Positions 23,170 to 36,414 of a stretch of 54,807 nucleotides of DNA are shown in pieces. Under the pieces are notes generated by a model. The model was not told where the DNA came from. It saw nothing but the letters and a program-made list of their open reading frames with translations, and did no database searches. Numbering within the stretch: the stretch's first letter is position 1; every line of letters starts with the position of its first letter. The stretch is from Nemertoderma westbladi. Its lineage: Eukaryota > Animalia > Xenacoelomorpha. Both the position numbers and the translations under genes were made by a program. The stretch lies in the NCBI GenBank assembly GCA_032718475.1, contig JAUCBJ010007807.1, forward strand, positions 1 to 54,807, given 5' to 3'.

Positions 23170-26100
23170 TAACAGTTGATGTGTTGCGTTTTAGAGGTAA
23201 TTGGCAATACATCCGATTGATGTGGCTGATATATACTGTATATATATGTTCTCGCTGCACTCGCATAATCGCATTTACATTTTAAATTTGCTGATTATCA
23301 ATGACTTTCACTTTTTGATGGATTGATAATTTTACAATTACACATATCAACCTCTTCTAAAATTATACTATCCAGAAATTAATTTGTCACGCATCAAGTA
23401 ATTATTATCGAGAATATACAATAAGGCGAGCTATCAAGCAATTTATTTTACTTGCAATTCAATTAGTGTCATGATGATCTCCATGGAGACTTTACTCTGC
23501 TACTTTTTTCAGTTGCCATAACTTTAGCAAATCCATACAATATCGTCTGATGAAATAACACGTATGGTGTGCGGCATTCCGTCCAACCATCACTTATCAA
23601 CTATTACCACAATGATATTGAAAATCAGATATGTTCGTATTCTCATTGTATCTAGTGTGTAATAGTAGAGAGGCATACAGAATCTGCACTAGAATGTATA
23701 AAATATATACGGATTTGTTCATGTACACTTACTTACCTTATAGTATAGCAGCTGTTATCTGAAATAGAAGTAAATGACAACGTCAACCTAGTCTAAATTC
23801 TCAAGGGATCACCTGAGACATGCTATTAAATTAGTATGCAATTACTCATATCCGGATGGTGTATTGTTAATTTGCATGCAGCGAATGTTCTCTCCCTTTG
23901 CAGTAGATCATTTCATAGCTGATCGTACCCAATTAAATTCGGCACTGCAGACTATTACAGAATTTTAAATTAGTAGAATAGCAGAATCAGTAATGTCAAC
24001 ATAATGACATCAAATGTTCCCTCACAAGACAAAACACACCTCCTTTGCATGCAGACAGCTGTGTTATTGATACACAACCACGGTTCATTCTAGGCTGATT
24101 TTCTAGTAAGAAGTTATACCACATAAATTTGCGCCTGTGTCTTGGTACTGTATGCTATGAATGTTATCTCTAATGAAAGACTGCGGGCTCTGGCTCAGTG
24201 AAATTTGATTAGTTACTCAAAACAGCCACTAAACTGCAGTGCTCTATAATCAAAGACAATTTCCCTTTTGATGTTCTCTTCTTCGCCATACTCTTCAATC
24301 AGTCTCATCTTAGGGCAGGTATAAAGTACAACTTATCCACGCCTTTACAATCAGCATCCATGGTTGTAATAATGAATATAGATGTATGGACACAAAATTA
24401 AATCACTCAGAAACACTAAAGCTATAGGTAGGCCTGAGTCGGTATATGCCAGTGATAACTCCAATAGTGGGAAAGTGAAAGTAAACAGAGTGTAACCTAT
24501 CTGACAGTGTCTGTAAGCCTCCAAGTATGTACCATTCGTAAATGCGCCCATTCCTTATGACCGAGGCTATTTAATTACAAACATTCTGTTTGATAATGTA
24601 AATGAAATAGATGCTAAAGATCTTGAGCAAATGGATTCCAAAAAGGCATCAACTTTCGAACGCCGTTATTTCAACGGTTTTCCACTAAATTCATATTTAT
24701 TTAGATATTTAGAATCCTTGTTGGTTCACCTTTCCATCGGAAACAACAAATCCTAATTTTGACGAGGAGTAACTGCGGTGTGACTGGTGTAATAATCCAC
24801 GGGGTCTTTCTCTATCAAACACTATTGGCAGAACCGTGGATTCGGAATTCAAGATTCGATGACACATTAACTGGTCGTGGATTCTTTCTATGAAGTTTTA
24901 TGCGATCCCATTATGTTTTGGAGATAAATAGTGGGGAGAGTTGGGGGTGGAGATACCTCAATTAAAGGACTATTCAACAATTTTTATCGGGGTAGTTCGT
25001 ACTTTAGATAGTACTGTGTTGTAAGTACTGAGAATACCATTAGTTCGTACTTGCGAAGTTAGTGCTATATCAGATATAACTAACTTCGATTAAACTACCC
25101 TAATTCATACTACATCTAAGCATACGGGCCATGTTCGTTCAATATATACCTCCATTGCTCTATTGGAATTCTATTTAATTAAATGCTTCTTGCTTCACAA
25201 AATCTATCGCCTTAATCGAAGTTGGGTAAGAAACAAGTGGAGTCCTCAAGAGGGAAGCTTCTCATCAGCTAATATGTTTGTACCAACTAATCAAGCCCAG
25301 CTGTTGATCATAGTGCTTGTGAGAGCACCACTACACTCACACCACATCTGCTACCATGATATTGTTCCTCAAAAACAATCGATGAAACTAGAATAAAACG
25401 TTTACATAGTAAGGGAAACGGCCCAGCTACATCAAACAATAATGTCATTCAATACATCGATGTTAAAATGCTTTTATTCTTCTTTAATTTTTATAAATTT
25501 TTGGTGGTCAAAAAATTAACAGAATATTGAAATTTAATTCAAATACCAACAACTTGAAATGATAACAATCACGCGCTAAGATCAAAATATCTTTATGCTC
25601 AAATTAACGAGTAACGATTAAAGTAGATTTATAAACAAATATTAGCTCTAATTTTCTCAATTTGATAGGTCATGTGTGGGTGTGCTCCCATACTGACTAT
25701 TTTTACTTATGATTTTCCCAAATATAAAACATACTGAATTATGCAAGGTATTGCAATAATTAAATATATATTGCCAATAAATATTTAATTTAAAATAAAT
25801 CCCCCCCCCCCCCCCCCCCCCCCATAAAATATATTAGAAAGTAATAAAATACGTATGAGTTTATGGTCTACTTCTTAAATATAAGCTACTAAATTCTGAG
25901 TTACTTCTTCATGACTTATAACAACCATAGCTACACTTACTGTACTCCACAAAAACATAACTCTACCACATAGCAAAACAACCAACCCAGTTCCAGAGAC
26001 TAGACTCTAAAATGCACTCACTTTTAGCCTTGTTGTCGATGAAAATATAAAAATTTAAGGGTGGAATATTAATTATTTGATCCTAAACGATTCGTATTAT

Positions 26101-27177
26101 ATATTATAAAATTTTATAATTTATTGCAAATAATTAATCACTGAGTTTTTATAAAACATCATCTATGTTAGATTCATTATTATACTAACGGCTTTATTCT
26201 CACTCTCTCGCTACGTTCGTTCGTGTAACGAACAACAAAAATTAACTGTAAAGACCCACTTTATACACAAGTATGTAAATAATGTATTTATGGCACTAGA
26301 TATCAATTTTTTTTGTCAAATTTATATAACATTTGGCAGAATACGAATTACAAAAAGCTTGGGTTATCTGTTGATTAATATATTATATACGAAACAATAT
26401 AATTCATTTTCTAAAAATTTCCTTTTTTAATTTCAAAATATTTGTATTATTGCTATAATTATATATATATTATAATAAACAGTTGGTACAGTATAAATAT
26501 ATAATGATTTGTTTATTTCCTATTATTAATAAAAAGTCATGATGACCTACACAAATAAATTGTTTGATATTGCTACAGTAGTACATAATATGTAAAAAAA
26601 AAACAAGTCAGAAAAATACAATTTATTTTGAAACTCCTAAATCAGTAAAAACGCTTCCAATTTATATGGTCGCCCCTACATCAAATGAATACCCCTGAAG
26701 TGTCAACAACACATTGTATTGCATCCCAAATCTAATAGCGTGGGCTGTGTTTTAACTGGACGGCTAGGCCTCTTTTATCAGCTAATGCACTAGAAAGAAA
26801 AAGCAGGTCGGACCAATAGGATTACTCCCTTTGTAATATTTGCATCATTGCCTCCAAAAACCGGCCTCTCCACCCGGATGTAAAAAGATGTCATGCAAAC
26901 AAGAGACCAACGTTCACTCTGTGTATTCAAACACATGCCTACTGAATTCAATATCAGTTTGATTTTAAGTGTGATGGGGCTTATTAATGTGGATGACAAA
27001 TTGAAAATAATTGAATGTTACTCAATAATAATGCTATATATAAAATAACAATATAAAATAATTATGTATGTTGAAATATTGATGGATTGATGTGATATTT
27101 GAAGGACCGACCCGCATGTGCACAATCCTGTTAGCATCATGGAGAAAAGATGCATGACTTTCTTGAATCCCATTTAA

Positions 27178-28157
27178 GGCCATGATACACTACAGCAAGG
27201 TGCGGCGAGCGGTAGCAGCGAGCAGTAGCGGAGAGCGGCCACTTTTTAAAAATAGACACATTATTGGGTTATGTACACCACAAATGGCCGCTGCTGCTCG
27301 TCGCTACTGCCCACTGCCCTTTTAGAACTTGTTCTATTTGTTGAGCGCGAGCGCGAGCGTAGGCGGTGATGCGTATGCGACTTCTGTGCTGTTCACCAAT
27401 AAATTATATTGGATCTGATCATATGAAGAAAGGGAAGTACTGGTTCTATTATTTCTTATTGTTTTTTTTTTACTCTGTACAACCAACTGCAGAATCGTTA
27501 TAATTTCTATTCAACTAGGGTGCCACGAGGGCCATGGCACTAGTGTGTGTTTATAGCAAAACATTTCTAATTCCAAAACTATTCCATTCCTAGAACTACC
27601 TTATTGCAAATAATGCAATGGCTGGGGTCTGCGATCCATATGATCCTGGGGCAAATATAAAAATGTTCTTCTTGGAATATATTTAGTTGCCAGTAATGCA
27701 CCGACAGGGGGACATTTTGCGTCATCATGATTCGATATGTAGCAATGGCTAAATGCATTGGGTTACCACAATTTGCCTGAATTTTGAAACACAACTAGAA
27801 TTCATCACACCATCAATGTCAAGACTGATTTTCCTTTCTTAAAAAATCAAGTAAAATTAAAAAGTTCCAAACATGTTGTGTTATAAATTTCAAACAATAT
27901 TACAAATGGATTTCGGTATCATAAGAACTATCGCACTATACTGCAGGACTATTACTAACTACTGTATTATATTCAAATTCACTTGTGAGATCTATAATAA
28001 ATACTACTTAATTAATTCTAGAACGATTACAAGTAAATGGCATTTAATTAATTACAAATTTTATAAATTACACAAAATGGCCGCTCGACGCGGACGCTCG
28101 CCGCTGCCGCTCGCCGCCCGTCACTGCCGCTCGCTGCTTCTGGGTTGTGTCATGGCC
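27178..28157. mobile_element. TTAA-flanked MITE (Kolobok- or PIF/Harbinger-type)
   Basis: TTAA|GGCCATGATACA ... TGTGTCATGGCC|TTAA, with inverted GC-rich subterminal (gcggcgagc) repeats at both ends. Confidence 0.8.
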
Positions 28158-29405
28158 TTAAAGGACCTTGAAGATACAGATAAAAGATTTCCATGCTAAG
28201 ATCATTATTATTCATCACTATTGGTTATGGTTATATAACATTTGCAGAAGCAATGTTATACAAGCAATTCGATGTCATGTTTTAAGCTTCTTCAAGAAAT
28301 GAAGACCTGCTTATTACCTGACACAGGTACAAACTGCCTTGGCTATGCTACCATGTTCTATGTGTATTCAATAATCACCATTATGCAGTATAGCCATTTT
28401 TTGGAAAGCTCAAGTGGTTCTCACAAATAGGCTAATCTCCTTTAAAATAAGCCTACTACTATTACCACTTTCAAATTATGTTAATTTCCAAATTATTATG
28501 TTAGGTTAATCCACAGCCAATAGATGCACAGCACAGTCAGACCTATCCAGGCCGACTTACTTACTTACTTATACAGTAAGCTTACGCAGTATACAGGCAA
28601 CATTACTAGGATGCATTGCAGACCGCATCCGCGGTCATCCGCGATAAACATTATGTAATGTGAATTATCAATCTTAAAGCCACATAAAGTAATGAGAAAC
28701 GACATCCATTAACAAATTGTCATGATAAATAATTGCCAACATAATAGCCGTACCCTCAGTAAGCTATAGCGAGTCAGCAGATACGCTATTATCTCCCCCT
28801 AGAATGATTAAAGTTAAAGCAACCTTTGTAAAACCGGATGCCCAAAAGGAAAACCTTAGTCTCGAGTTGCATTCAGTCGGGCAATGTTTAATGCATTCAG
28901 ATTTTCCTGCACTGATTGAAATAATGTTGAGTTCAGGAACAACATTTAATTATTTACCATTGATAAAAGGGGACCATATACTAACTCACTTTACGAAAAA
29001 TCTAATTTATTAGAGAGAAATGAAATTATGTCTGAGGTCTGTAAAATAATATGCGCACAAAGTGTGTGAGAAAGTTCTCCAATACTGCTTCCACAATTCA
29101 CTTACACGAGAATCTCATCATGCAACCATTATTCTGGGGAACGTTTAGGGAGCATACATACAACAGCATGTAGTAAACACGCATACCAAAGACGCATATT
29201 CAAACATTACTATAAAATTACGTTTCATATTTACTCTGATCACTTATAAGCCTTGTATTCGGATCGTGTATCTTAACTCCATTCATATATACTTATTTTT
29301 GAAACATTATTTAAATCGATCAATAATATCAAGCGAAATAATTAAGTTGAAAAACAGTACTTAAAACGACCACTAAACCTGGAGACGGGGCATTTTAATA
29401 AGTTA

Positions 29406-30611
29406 CTACTACTACTAGGATCGGGATGCTGCATTGCAGCTGCATTTTTAAGAATGCTGTGCCGGCTTGTTGACAAAATTGCGCCGCCACAACTCCCTAT
29501 CACCCATGACATTTGCTAGATCATCCACATCTTCAAGGCCAGTGTCCTTTAAGATGCGTCTCAAGAAAGTCATGGGCTGTCCACCATGCTTATTCACTCC
29601 ATGAGGCTGCCAAAGTACAAGATTATGCACTGGCTGGTCCTCACGGCGAAAGCAATGTCCTGCAAAGCGGAGGCGATTTTGTTCTAGTGTCAAGCTTGGG
29701 GGAACCATTGAGACACCTCCAATGTTATATAGTGACTGGTTGGAGATGTGTGCATTGTACTTGACACAATGAACCCGGCGTAGCATTCTTGTGAATGTGC
29801 CATCCAGAGATTTGGCGTCCTCAGCAGTTAGAACCCAGCATGGACTCCCATAGAGGAGTACTGGATCTACTGCTGCTCTAAATAATAGGACCTTAAGTTT
29901 CCGATTAATTATTGGTGACTTCCAAATCCTGGAAAGCCTATTCAAGGCTGCCCATGCCTTTCTCTTACGTATTCGAAGGTCCTCACCTGACCTCCGGATC
30001 CATGATCCCAGGTAACAGAAGTCGTCCACATGCTCAAGCATTCCACCCTTTAAGCTTATACTCATCCGATCAGAGACTTGCTGAGGACTTTCAAAGTGAA
30101 CTGTAAAAATTTTGGTCTTTCTGGAGTTAATAAAAAGACCAAAACTAGAAGCAGCATGTTCTAATGAGCTGAGGAGCCGTTGGGCTCCCTCTAGTGATTC
30201 TGAGAGTACTCCTAAGTCATCAGCAAAGTCTAGTTCAGTTAGGTACTTGGCAGGATTTCCTCGACTTCTGAAGCCAGTAGGTGGAGTTATCATCACCACA
30301 TCATCATTATGATGATCTAAGGACATGCGTAAAGTAAAAGTAAAGTAAATTTTCTTCGACCACTAGGCTAGGGCTAGGGACGCACAAAGTCTGACGACTT
30401 ATTTCCAGTGCAATCCCCCCAGAACTTTACTCCCCAGAGGAAACTCCAGTACTCATTTAGCTACCACTTAAGGATACAAGGCAGAGATGCGCGCTGGCTG
30501 GTCCCTTTAAAGCATTCGTGCCGAAACGAAAACGGGAAATGTGAATTCAATGCAACCACTACACCAAGGTGGAACCTTCACAGAACATAGTCAACCACAA
30601 TTATGAACAAT
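29406..30611 (-). mobile_element. 5'-truncated RTE copy interrupted by a SINE-like insert
   Basis: ORF 29448-30326 is nearly identical to the RT C-terminus of the full copy, with a (TAG)n tail. RTE sequence resumes at 30582. The TSD is ttttaata(a/c)gtta at 29393-29405 and 30612-30624. Confidence 0.92.
30331..30581 (-). mobile_element. ~250-bp SINE-like insert with a (TTTAC)n tail
   Basis: It splits the contiguous RTE sequence gacatgcgt|agaacatag. The minus-strand tail is tttactttacttttacttt, and the internal aaatgagtactgg resembles conserved SINE central domains. Confidence 0.55.
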
Positions 30612-32379
30612 TTTTAATACGTTATTTACGTTTAGATCAATTAAAAATACATTTCTTAAAGCAAATCACTTGAACTAATTAAAAACTATAATGGAATGGG
30701 GTATGGGAAATACAGTTGTATAATTTGTAAGTATAATTATTTAAATCTTATACTAGAAAATAATTAAATTCCTTTAAGAGGCAGGTTCAAAATGCTGTCT
30801 TTACCCTAATCAACTTAATTAACTAATTAACTGCTATTATCTTAGCTTCTCGAAGGCCACACGGCAATTCAACTTGGAAAATTTCAAAACTTTTGCCAGA
30901 CTACATGTGTACCAAGTTTGGTTAAATTTCATTAACATATTTGGCTGAGTTATTAACATTTCGACAGACCCGACAGATACACCGATTGAGTTAGTGGTAC
31001 CCGTATGCTTCAAATTTCATGCGATATCAATGAGTTGTAGACATGTAATCAAATTACAGAATTGTAAAATTTATTCTAAATAAAGGAAGTAGTGATTTCT
31101 CGTGGCCAATATTACAACAGGTCTGAAACATTGTTAAATTTGATAGTTGTAACGACGCCAAACTGGCAGATTTATGCCGTAACTGCTAAACCTATCCTAT
31201 ACGTCAAACCTCACAGGCACCCAAATAAAAAGTCAAGAGCTATATAATATATATATTACATCTGCCATATGACATAAACGCTACAGTGTACATACAGCAA
31301 AGAAGTAAATCCTACCTCAAACCAATTAAGCATTCAAGTAAAGAATGACCCAAATCCTCGGAGGATATTTTCACCTCAGTAAGACAAGAATAATTTAATG
31401 TATTAACCCCCCATTAATAGTTCCAACACATAAAACTCTTCAGATTTAAATTTTAATCATTATCCGAAATGAGAACACCTGCTCAAAATTTCCAAGCAGC
31501 ATCTAAAATTCAATATCTGATAACTAATGCGAATGGGAGCAGCTTTCATCCCCATGTGAATAGGAATGAAAGCAAACAGACCTGGTCGTCAGTCTTACAG
31601 CTTGAAGCTATTATACTTGACATACATGACCAGTGGCGCATGGTGCAATTAACTGAGAAACAAAGCTACACAAAATCACACGCTCAGCCACACACTTTTT
31701 TAAAGGTTTGGTGATGTTATATCTTTGAAAATCCATAGAAGGAAAGTTATTGGCTGTCCAATATGTTTGTTTAGGCCATGAGGTTGGCATATCTCAAAGT
31801 TTGAGAACACTAAAATGGATGCTCTTCTGGTAATAGCAGCGACAAGGTAGCTTTATGAAGTGGTTAAGGGGAGAGTTGGGTTTTGGCAATGACAAAATAA
31901 CGCACTTAAATATTATATTGGATCGGCGATCGGGTGCAACTTGGTATTCAAAGTTGACGCGATCACACAGGTATTGCCTGCCTGTTCAAGTTATGCTTTG
32001 AGGCTGTGCTTATAATTGTTGATAGTCGTTGTAATGTTCTCTAAGAAATACTTTTATGTGGGGCAAGCCACAGAATTAAGCGAGCTTAGCATACGGGTAC
32101 CACCTTATTTCTCAGGAACACTCCATGTTATTAACCTAAAACGTTTACATAAAGAGAATATATTCGTTTAGAAGTTTACATTCGTCTGTCGGCCGCTACA
32201 GTAGGGTGCATAACCACAATTGGCTTTGATTAGCTGTTATAATTGGACTTTATTTCGTCGACATGTGTACTGTAGGAGAATAACATGTTTACGCCGACAG
32301 ACGGTCAGAATCTGGGCTAGAGGGCGTTAAATATTTAACCTCTTGGGATATAATGTATTTTGTCTATTTAATATAGTAT

Positions 32380-32545
32380 GCACCATCAGGCGCCATTGTA
32401 TACCATCAGGCGCCATTGTGTACCATATGGCGCCATTGTGTACCATATGGCGCCAACGTGTACCATATGGCGCCAACGTGTACCATCAGACGCCATTGAG
32501 TAGAACCATCGGGCGCCATTGTTTACCATCAGGCGCCATTGTGGA
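32380..32545. repeat. 20-bp minisatellite (accatcaggcgccattgtgt), ~8 units
   Basis: Direct tandem repeats are visible in the sequence. Confidence 0.9.
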
Positions 32546-32865
32546 CCTAGGCGTCCACGTTTGTAAACGGGTAAGAATGTAGTCCATACGATACACTTCC
32601 AAGTTAAAGTTATTCCACCGCATAGCTATTAATGTCCGACACTAAATGTGAGGATTACTGGATGGTGGACTAACGGTGGATGCTGATGTGTTTGTCTTTG
32701 CCCGTCTTTCAGGGTCAGCGTACATTTTTAACATTCAGACACGTCTGTCAAATACTACTTTAATTCTGCGCGGTAGTTCTCTACAGTTTGGTTTTACAAG
32801 TATAATCTTATGAGTCCAATGAAAATGTAGAGTATTAATACTTCTTTCATAATGCTCTGTGGCTA

Positions 32866-33979
32866 GGGGGCGTTCATAAAATATGTCACGCACTAAGGGA
32901 GGGAGGAGGGTTCGAGCTTGCGTGACATTTGTGACAGAGGCGGGAAAGGGGTCACAAAGGTAGCGCGAACTTAGTTCCAATCGCACATTTTCAAATGCGA
33001 ACTTAGTTCCAATCGAGGCGAACTTAGTTCCAATCCCAGAATATCAAAACGAACTTAGTTCCAATGGATGCGAATTTAGTTCCAATGGGTACCGGTACGA
33101 ACTTAGTTCCAATGTTTCAATCGTGGGGATAGCCACGTGTAGTAGGCGAAGCCTATTGCGTATTGCCACTATTTTGGGTGGGTCAGGGTCAACAATGATT
33201 GTAAATATTTGTAAAACCCTTCTGTCATTTTTAAAAAACGAATTATTATTTATGAATTAAATGTATAATTACACATTTTGAAATATATATTAATCACGAG
33301 TATACTGATACTGACTGACTTAGTCTGTAGTATTATATACTCAAGTCATGCACATTGTGTCATTTTCACAGCAAATACAATATTTACCAGTTGTTTCGGT
33401 TTAGGTGGTTGGGCGTAGTTTGGGTTAAGAGCTTGGGCGTTGTTTTTTACAATGAATATAATTTTAAATGATTAACTATAAATGAATTAAATTGAATTGT
33501 TTGGGTTAAGAGGTTGGGCGTTGTTTGGGATAAGATTGTTTTGGTTAGGAGGTTGGGCGTTTTGGGTTAGTTATTTACAATTATTATTTAACCATCCACC
33601 TAATAGTGTCCTTAAACATTCTTCGCCAACTACGTGGCTCGCCTCACACCTGAAACATTGGAACTAAATTCGCTTCCATTGGAACTAAATTCGCTTGCAT
33701 TGGAACTAAGTTCGCTTCCATTGGAACTAAGTTCGCATACATTGGAACTAAGTTCGCATGCATTGGAACTAAGTTCGCATGCATTGGAACTAAATTCGTT
33801 TTCGTTTTTCTCTAGTTATTGGAACTAAGTTCGCCTAAATTGGAACTAAATTCGCCAAAATTGGAACTAAATTCGTTTCCATTGGAACTAAATTCGCATG
33901 AGGCTTAAATTGGAACTAAGTACGGGGAATCGTCACAAATAGGGCAAATTTGCGTGACATACTCATGCGTGACGCCCCT
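32866..33979. mobile_element. Short PIF/Harbinger-like MITE split by a nested foldback element
   Basis: Termini ggggcgttca...tgacgcccc with TA-containing flanks and inverted gtcacgca/tgcgtgac motifs. Confidence 0.65.
32959..33931. mobile_element. Mutator/foldback-like element with inverted arms built from ~21-bp repeats
   Basis: Left arm (gcgaacttagttccaat)n and right arm (attggaactaagttcgc)n, with G...C termini. An 8-bp TSD gtcacaaa lies at 32951-32958 and 33932-33939. Confidence 0.85.
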
Positions 33980-34686
33980 TATCTGAAGTGGAATTTATTG
34001 CATGGCTGGCTACTAAACGTAGTACTAATGCTAAATCTTATGAGATTGGGGGCGACGACATCTCAATTGAAAACATCGGGGTTTTGGAGGTGGCAATCCA
34101 CAATAAAAAAAATTAACTGTTTATGATATCTCATATGTTTAGTAACTATATACATTGAGTATCTTATAAGACGTGGGGGAGGGGGGGGGGGGGGGGGATC
34201 CGTTGTGCTACCTACAATTACGATTAATATAACTGTAACCGGGAATGGGGGGTTACACCTATTTTATTTTAAACTAAATGAGGCGGTGTGGGGGGGGGGA
34301 GGGTTTGACGCGAATCCAATATAGGCGAATTGATATCTCGCCTCAATGTTAAAATATCAATTATGAGATAGGAGCAGGTTCAGGGGCATGTTATTCTAAC
34401 CAAAACAATAAACAAAGGTCAATAGACTCATACTCTTAGAACAGGTTACAGTATTTTCTTGTAGAGTCAACAGCTCTTATTTGCGTCGTTTTACGCATGG
34501 AGAGGAATGAATTTTGAATGCGTCGGAAGTCCCCCCCCCCCCTCCCTCCCCATTGGGCTAATGCACAATGATGGGAAGAAACAATTATAAATAGAAGTCA
34601 ATGGGAGGAAACAATTATATATAAAATTAAGTCACAAAGATATGGGAGGAAACAATTAAGTAAAGTCCTTGGGATCGCTTCTAAGT

Positions 34687-35745
34687 TTATTGATCTGTTT
34701 TACGAGGGATGGGATCGATAGTATGGTAAGCGGGTGGCGATGGTGCGACGGATCCCATAGCAACACCAGCACCGGTCGGTATCATCTGCGGCTGAAGATA
34801 CTGCTGTACAACGAACCCAGACCCCCCAGCAGCCACCATCACAGGCGTGGGTCCAGGGGACGTGAAATGCTGATCACCACCACCGTGGATAAATATTACT
34901 TGAGGAATATTAGGACGTCTTCGACAACAAACCTTTATCGAAGCGAATACTATTTGAACAACCGACATACATAATTCGGCAACCCAAATAATTAATTTAA
35001 GGATGGTTATAGCTGTACACGACGAAGAAGGGCAAAATCGCGCCAAATACTTATTTTCGTAATAAAATTTATCAACAAACACATCAAAATTTGATGCATC
35101 GCAATTCCAATATGAATCTCTTATAGTCTTTATTTTATCTGATTCCGTTTTGTTATAATAAATGTATTCATCCTCGTCCAAATCCAAAGGCGTTGGAACC
35201 GCGACGACAATCTCGTCGGAAACCGGATCGAATGTAAACGCCGTTCGCCGTTCCGGCCCGTACTCGTAAGGGTATGACGAGTAAGCGCGTTCTAATAGAA
35301 ACCCACAACCACAGAAACGAGAAGGTTCTCGAAGAATTCGCAGACTCATCAATGGAAAAGATACAGACATTGAAGATTCAACAATACCGAATATTGAAAC
35401 TGCTAGAACCAGAGATGCGTTCACAGCAATGCTGGCGATTAAGAGACAAGGTAACCAACAAGTTTTATCTTTTTCGCGGTATTTTTTACTACTCATGTAG
35501 CCAAATAACCCAATTACAACTATAAGTAATCCACCCCATATTCCTGTACCGAACTCGTACTGCCAGCATTTATTTGTAATTGATATTATTTGTAGGATAA
35601 TGAGAGAACAGCCGGCAGTTATTATAGTCAGAGATATAAAGCGGTTGGGTTTCTCTTGATTCCATTTTGGTGCGTCTTGTTCGGCAGCTCGGTTGTTAGG
35701 TTGTCCTGATATGTAAACATGAGTTGCGGGAGGCTGAAACGCCAT
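34687..35745 (-). CDS. Intronless MS4A/CD20-like four-transmembrane protein (352 aa)
   Basis: ATG in context gcaATGG and four hydrophobic segments. The TM2 signature is GTGIWGGLLIVVIGLFG. TM4 (ELCMSVVQIVFASIKVCC) is followed by a Pro/Gln-rich tail containing PPAY. Confidence 0.85.
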   Translation of the reverse strand: MAFQPPATHVYISGQPNNRAAEQDAPKWNQEKPNRFISLTIITAGCSLIILQIISITNKCWQYEFGTGIWGGLLIVVIGLFGYMSSKKYREKDKTCWLPCLLIASIAVNASLVLAVSIFGIVESSMSVSFPLMSLRILREPSRFCGCGFLLERAYSSYPYEYGPERRTAFTFDPVSDEIVVAVPTPLDLDEDEYIYYNKTESDKIKTIRDSYWNCDASNFDVFVDKFYYENKYLARFCPSSSCTAITILKLIIWVAELCMSVVQIVFASIKVCCRRRPNIPQVIFIHGGGDQHFTSPGPTPVMVAAGGSGFVVQQYLQPQMIPTGAGVAMGSVAPSPPAYHTIDPIPRKTDQ

Positions 35746-36414
35746 TGCGAATCATATTATTCAAAAATTAATAATAAATGTTGCCTACTCCTGCTGCCCT
35801 GTACTCTAGTAGGCCTACTGCAGTACCTACCCACCCCTATGCTGCTATGGGCCTTATTATACAGTATTAATATTACTGTATTATTAGCAGATTACGCTAT
35901 ATTATCCCATGCAAATCTCCAGATTGATGTTACCTGGTTACTACAAACAGAATTACTGCAATTGAAAAATAATTCATCTCCAGCACAAATTGGACGCAAG
36001 TTAAATAAAAGTTTTGTTTATTGTTTTGGTTAGAAACACCACTGTTGCACTGTAACCTGCTCCTTCCCCTTAATAATTAATGTTTTAAATTAAATTATGT
36101 TTTTAAACCATCTAAACACACATAGTTGGTGTTTGCTGTTGTCCTTATTATGGCACTAGGCCTTCTGCAGATACCGGTACGTTCCTAGCAGCCTAGTACC
36201 TATATACCTACATGTAGCAAACATTGCCTCGACCATCAATTTGGGGACTAAACATTTTTGGTTTACCATAGGTGTTCATAACGTCATGACATGACTATGA
36301 CATTGGGTTAGGAGGGTTACCGGTTACATACATTTTCGATTAGAGTATGGGACGCCAGCGAAGATTACTGTAGCCTATGGGCGAAGGTTTCTCTCCCATT
36401 CAATACTTAAAATC

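Noticed and set aside
23400-27000. Possible decayed LINE or transposase remnants and short ORFs
   Set aside because: No motif could be recognised with confidence by eye.
30994-32102. 16-bp inverted repeat gtggtacccgtatgct at ~30994 and ~32087
   Set aside because: No TSD was found. These are probably fragments of Helentron-like repeats in opposite orientation.
33634-33828. Leucine-zipper-like 64-aa ORF
   Set aside because: It is the translation of the 21-bp foldback arm repeats.
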